Positions 59,845-64,000 of a stretch of DNA of 64,000 bases are shown piece after piece; within the stretch, counting starts at the first letter, position 1, and every line of letters begins with the position of its first letter. This DNA comes from Eubacteriales bacterium (GTDB lineage: Bacteria; Bacillota; Clostridia; Oscillospirales; CAG-272): positions 13,498-77,497 of the forward strand of contig JAVBPA010000033.1 in the NCBI GenBank assembly GCA_031549925.1, read 5' to 3'. The translations under genes and the position numbers were made by a program. The notes under the pieces are model-generated. The model made no database searches, had not been told where the DNA came from, and worked only from the letters and a program-made list of their open reading frames with translations.

Positions 59845-61286
59845 TCATTATCACTCCCATCGTTTGATTCTGTTTCGCTTTCATTTTTATCATCTGTTTT
59901 ATTTTTTAGCATTTTTTCGCGCAAAGCCTGCCGCTGACGTAAATATTCCGTTCTTTCATGAGCTGCGGATATACGGGCCTCGCGTTCAAGACGGCGTTGT
60001 TCGGATGCCTGGTTTTCTTTAGTCTTCTTGTTTTGTTCTTCAATTTCTTGTTGTTCACGCATTAATTTTTCAAGTGCTTGACGGTCTTTTGAATTTTTAA
60101 GACGCTCCATTTCTTCAGCCGCTTCTTCTTCTTTTAGTTTTTGAAGTTCTTTTGCCGCGTGTTCTTCGCGCATTCGTTCTTCATCCTCTAAACGAAGCAG
60201 AGTTATATTATTGCCGAAACGTTTTAAATATGCAATCTGCTCATCCATCGTATCGTTTACATATGGAGTAATAATATAAATTTCTGTATCATTTAAACCG
60301 CTTTTTATATCATGATCCAATATATTGTAAAAAGATATACCGACTTTATGGCGAACCTTCGCCATTTCACGCAAAATTTCCTCAAGATGCGCCTCACCGC
60401 TTTGGATAGGAAACCGTATTTGTTCTTCTCCTGTTATAACACAGCAGTTTGCCGCAAATCCGGCGCGATATCCGTTATAAGCCGCATCACGGATTATCGC
60501 CGATGAAAAAGACAATCCCAACTCCATCATAGCTTCAAATGAACTTGAGGAAATCGGTATTTCGGCATCCGTTTGGAAATTTAAATAAACCATAAATGTT
60601 CTGGATGAACAGAAATCACGGTTGTTCACCTTGAAAGCGGAAAGATTTAATCCTCCGCTTCGTGCGGTTGCTTTAAAGTTTATGCTGTTAAACGAATCCC
60701 CGAAATGATAATCTCGTATACCGTTAAGCGAAAACGGGTCTTTGATAAGCCAGCGGCGTGTGAATGACTCACCCTGGCGGAAACAGTTGGGTTCGTTCAA
60801 ATCGCCCAGCGGAACTATGCGCGGATAAACGTAAAAGTCCGCCGGAGCTTCTATGTATCTTGTTTTTTTATTATAGTAGATATCTACAGTTTCAAGTTTG
60901 TAATATCCTCTTTTGGCGCATTTTATATTATGACGTCGTTTTATTTGCATAAAAGGCATTAAATGAAAGCGGCTGACATAATATTGCATGGCTCTCCGCG
61001 GGTCAATTTCATATTGCTCCATCGGAAGCCCGTTGTAAATATAACCTTCTATATTTACAAAAAATATTGGGAAAGGTGTTGGGTTGTATACCGTTTCAAT
61101 GAGAGTTGTCGTTTCTCCTTCATAAGCCCCGGAATAGGTAAACTCACGCTGGTAAACGATTTTTTGCATCAGATAATCCCGTATTTTCAAAAAAATCAAT
61201 ACAAAGATAAAAAGTATAATCAACACCGACACGACGATTGCCATCGCCGCCCAATTATCGATTAAAAACCGGAGGACAGTCCTCAT
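59841..61286 (-). CDS. DUF58 domain protein with charged C-terminal extension
   Basis: VYPR, GIRDYHFGDSFNSINFKATAR. Confidence 0.85.
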   Translation of the reverse strand: MRTVLRFLIDNWAAMAIVVSVLIILFIFVLIFLKIRDYLMQKIVYQREFTYSGAYEGETTTLIETVYNPTPFPIFFVNIEGYIYNGLPMEQYEIDPRRAMQYYVSRFHLMPFMQIKRRHNIKCAKRGYYKLETVDIYYNKKTRYIEAPADFYVYPRIVPLGDLNEPNCFRQGESFTRRWLIKDPFSLNGIRDYHFGDSFNSINFKATARSGGLNLSAFKVNNRDFCSSRTFMVYLNFQTDAEIPISSSSFEAMMELGLSFSSAIIRDAAYNGYRAGFAANCCVITGEEQIRFPIQSGEAHLEEILREMAKVRHKVGISFYNILDHDIKSGLNDTEIYIITPYVNDTMDEQIAYLKRFGNNITLLRLEDEERMREEHAAKELQKLKEEEAAEEMERLKNSKDRQALEKLMREQQEIEEQNKKTKENQASEQRRLEREARISAAHERTEYLRQRQALREKMLKNKTDDKNESETESNDGSDNE

Positions 61287-61350
61287 TATATATGTATTTT
61301 TCCTCCCTGAAATTTGCTTTGATATTTAGTGGTTATAATTATACAATTTA

Positions 61351-62322
61351 TTATTTGTTTCCGTTCCATCCGAGAGCTGATTCTGTGGGGACGGGAACGC
61401 GATCCAAAATATCTTCAACAATGCTTAAATCAGCGTTTTTACGGATTTTCGCCGATGATGTAAGCATTAAGCGGTGTGAAAGAACCGGTTTGGCGGCACG
61501 TTTTACATCATCCGGAATGACAAAATCACGGTTGGCAAGCGCGGCATAACCTTTTGAAACACGCAGCAAGCTTAAAGCTCCGCGTGGACTTACTCCGAGT
61601 ATAACATTTTCAGCGTTACGCGAAGATTCTATCAGTGTTACTATGTAACTCATGATATCGCGGTGAACATATATATTAGGAAGCTCTTCCTGAACTTTTA
61701 TAATATCTTCTTTAGTTACAACGGTTTGTAGTTTATCAAGAGGGTTTTCAATGTTAAATCTGGCCAAAATATCAATACCTTCTTCATGTGTCGGGTATTT
61801 CATCGCGGTTTTTATGAGGAAACGGTCAAGCTGTGCTTCAGGCAGCGGATAGACACCCATACTTTCAACTGGGTTTTGAGTTGCGACAACCATAAAGGGA
61901 GAAGCAAGGGGATATGTTTTTCCGTCGATAGTAGTTTGCATTTCTTCCATACATTCGAGCAATCCCGCTTGTGTTTTAGGAGTTGCACGGTTGATTTCGT
62001 CTGCCAATACTATGTTCGCGAAAACCGGACCCGGCACAAATTCAAATTCTGTTTTTTTCATATTAAAATAGTTGATGCCGGTAATGTCTGACGGAAGGAG
62101 GTCGGGTGTAAACTGAATACGTTTGCATGAACATTCGATTGAAGCGGCAAGGGTTTTGATAAGCAGAGTTTTTCCCGTTCCCGGAACATCTTCAAGCAGC
62201 ATATGTCCTCTGCAGAACAGAGAAATGAGGAGAAGATCAATAACATCATCTTTACCGACAATAACGCGGCTGATGTTGGTTTTGATTTTCTCGTAAACCG
62301 GATAAATGATATCGTTTGCCAT
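61351..62322 (-). CDS. moxR: MoxR family AAA+ ATPase
   Basis: LLEDVPGTGKT, RIQFTPDLLPSD, DEINRATPKTQ, ATQNP, YPLPEAQLDRF, SPRG. Confidence 0.93.
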   Translation of the reverse strand: MANDIIYPVYEKIKTNISRVIVGKDDVIDLLLISLFCRGHMLLEDVPGTGKTLLIKTLAASIECSCKRIQFTPDLLPSDITGINYFNMKKTEFEFVPGPVFANIVLADEINRATPKTQAGLLECMEEMQTTIDGKTYPLASPFMVVATQNPVESMGVYPLPEAQLDRFLIKTAMKYPTHEEGIDILARFNIENPLDKLQTVVTKEDIIKVQEELPNIYVHRDIMSYIVTLIESSRNAENVILGVSPRGALSLLRVSKGYAALANRDFVIPDDVKRAAKPVLSHRLMLTSSAKIRKNADLSIVEDILDRVPVPTESALGWNGNK

Positions 62323-62330
62323 TTTTCACC

Positions 62331-62370
62331 TCATTAATATTTATTAATATTCATTAATATTCATTGATAT
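62331..62370. repeat. 10-bp tandem repeat TCATTAATAT x4 (imperfect)
   Basis: tcattaatat ttattaatat tcattaatat tcattgatat, abutting the moxR RBS. Confidence 0.8.
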
Positions 62371-62687
62371 ATCTTATAAAATACAGACATTAATTGAATA
62401 TGACTTTGCAGTTAAAAAATTTTAAACCAGTTCATTTTATTTTATCAAATAAAAATCGTATATTTATGGTTTGATTTTTACATCGGAATTCATTATTATA
62501 CTTTTATAATATACAGTAAAGTTTCCATAACCATTATAAAAATTGTTATGCTATACAAAGAATTATAAAAATATAATTATATTTTAATAAAATGACACCA
62601 TTCACCATTATAAATCACAACTTTAAATTTGTAAAGTACATGAATACATATGTTTTAAATATTTACATATAATTAATGAATGTATAT

Positions 62688-62723
62688 TATGGAAATGATA
62701 AAATATATGGAAATGATTAAATA
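62688..62723. repeat. 18-bp tandem duplication TATGGAAATGATWAAATA x2
   Basis: Copies at 62688-62705 and 62706-62723, one mismatch. Confidence 0.8.
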
Positions 62724-62740
62724 ATTAGGAGATAAAAACA

Positions 62741-63250
62741 ATGCGTATGTATTTGGAAGCCGGAAAAATCATCAACACGCATGGTATCAAGGGTGATGTT
62801 AAAATTGAATCATGGTGTGATAGTCCAGCTTCGCTTGCTAAAATAAAAATAATGTATCTCAAAAATAAAGATGAAACTTATCGCGAAATAAAAATAAATC
62901 ACACTTCTGTTTATAAAGATACCGTAATTGCCCATATAGAGGGTATTGACGATATAAACGATGCGCTTGCTTATAAAAATAAAATCATATACGCTAATCG
63001 CAATGATATTCCGTTAAAAGAAGGGGATCATTTTATAGCGGATCTTATAGGGCTTCCTATAATAGATATCGACAGCGGAATTGTCCTCGGAAAGCTGCTT
63101 GACGTTTCAACCGCAGGTGTTCATGATATATACGAAGTTGAATTAAGCGGAGGAGCTGTCGCTTATATGCCGGCTGTTGATGAATTTGTTAAAAAAATCG
63201 ATCTTGAAAACGGAATTTATATCCGCCCCATAGAGGGTCTTTTGCAATGA
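62741..63250 (+). CDS. rimM: Ribosome maturation factor RimM
   Basis: GKIINTHGIKG, DLIGL, PAVDEFVKKID; precedes trmD. Confidence 0.93.
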   Translation: MRMYLEAGKIINTHGIKGDVKIESWCDSPASLAKIKIMYLKNKDETYREIKINHTSVYKDTVIAHIEGIDDINDALAYKNKIIYANRNDIPLKEGDHFIADLIGLPIIDIDSGIVLGKLLDVSTAGVHDIYEVELSGGAVAYMPAVDEFVKKIDLENGIYIRPIEGLLQ

Positions 63251-63924
63251 TATTTAATATTCTTACATTATTTCCGGATCAAGTGAAAAATGTTTTGTCG
63301 GAAAGTATCATCAAAAGGGCTGAAAAAGCCGGAATAATTGAGATAAACGCTATTAATATCAGAGATTTTTCATCCGATAAGAATCGCCGTGTGGATGATA
63401 CACCATACGGAGGAGGATACGGTATGCTTTTGAAAGTTGAACCTATTGCGGCCTGTCACGAATACGCGGTATCTTCTTTTGAAGGTAAAAATTATAAAAC
63501 TATTTTTATGTCTCCCTCCGGAACTGTTTTAACGCAAAAAAAAGCATATGAACTATCGAAGCTTGACGCGTTGGTGATAATCTGCGGTCATTATGAAGGG
63601 ATTGACCGGCGCGCCGTAGATATATTGGCGGACGAAGAAATTTCTATAGGAGATTATATATTAACCGGAGGAGAGCTCCCCGCTTGTATATTAACAGATT
63701 GTGTCGCCAGATTAGTTGACGGAGTACTTTCCGATAAATCATGCCACGAAGAAGAGAGTATATCGAGCGGCTTGCTTGAATATCCGCAATATACCCATCC
63801 TCCGGAATTCCGGGGACACTTTGTTCCCGAGGTATTGCTCGGCGGAAATCATACCGAAATAAAAAAATGGAGAAGAAAAGCTTCAATCAATTTGACAAAG
63901 AAAAACCGTCCGGATTTGATATAA
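63247..63924 (+). CDS. trmD: tRNA (guanine37-N1)-methyltransferase
   Basis: LTLFP, VDDTPYGGG, CGHYEGID, SIGDYILTGGE, LEYPQYT. Confidence 0.95.
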   Translation: MIFNILTLFPDQVKNVLSESIIKRAEKAGIIEINAINIRDFSSDKNRRVDDTPYGGGYGMLLKVEPIAACHEYAVSSFEGKNYKTIFMSPSGTVLTQKKAYELSKLDALVIICGHYEGIDRRAVDILADEEISIGDYILTGGELPACILTDCVARLVDGVLSDKSCHEEESISSGLLEYPQYTHPPEFRGHFVPEVLLGGNHTEIKKWRRKASINLTKKNRPDLI

Positions 63925-64000
63925 CAAAATTTTTTCGAAATTTATTTTGTTCAAAAATATTATTGGATTTAAATCATATTACGAAAAATTAATATGGCAA

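Overview
Low-GC, gene-dense core-chromosome window from a spore-forming Clostridia-class firmicute (spoVM, tepA, mini-RNase III, tRNA-Met/Glu, Ruminococcaceae/Oscillospiraceae-like gene set; taxonomy is inference). It holds housekeeping genes (ispE, gnd, galK, rlmH, trpS, ttcA, rimM, trmD), an enlarged Opp-type ABC operon, a TAXI-TRAP operon, three orphan paralogous sugar-binding lipoproteins, two DUF58 modules, a sugar-acid catabolic cluster with a LarA homologue and GH127, and a PadR/SEDS cassette split at a poly-T tract. I see no integrase, transposase, prophage or CRISPR array. The most unusual signal is a 42-aa ORF missing from the ORF track (15794-15922). It consists almost entirely of a QTAD + transmembrane + basic-tail sorting signal matching the C-terminus of the next gene, and it sits behind a near-copy of that gene's promoter exactly 200 bp upstream. 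All calls come from motif recognition by eye; no database searches were run.
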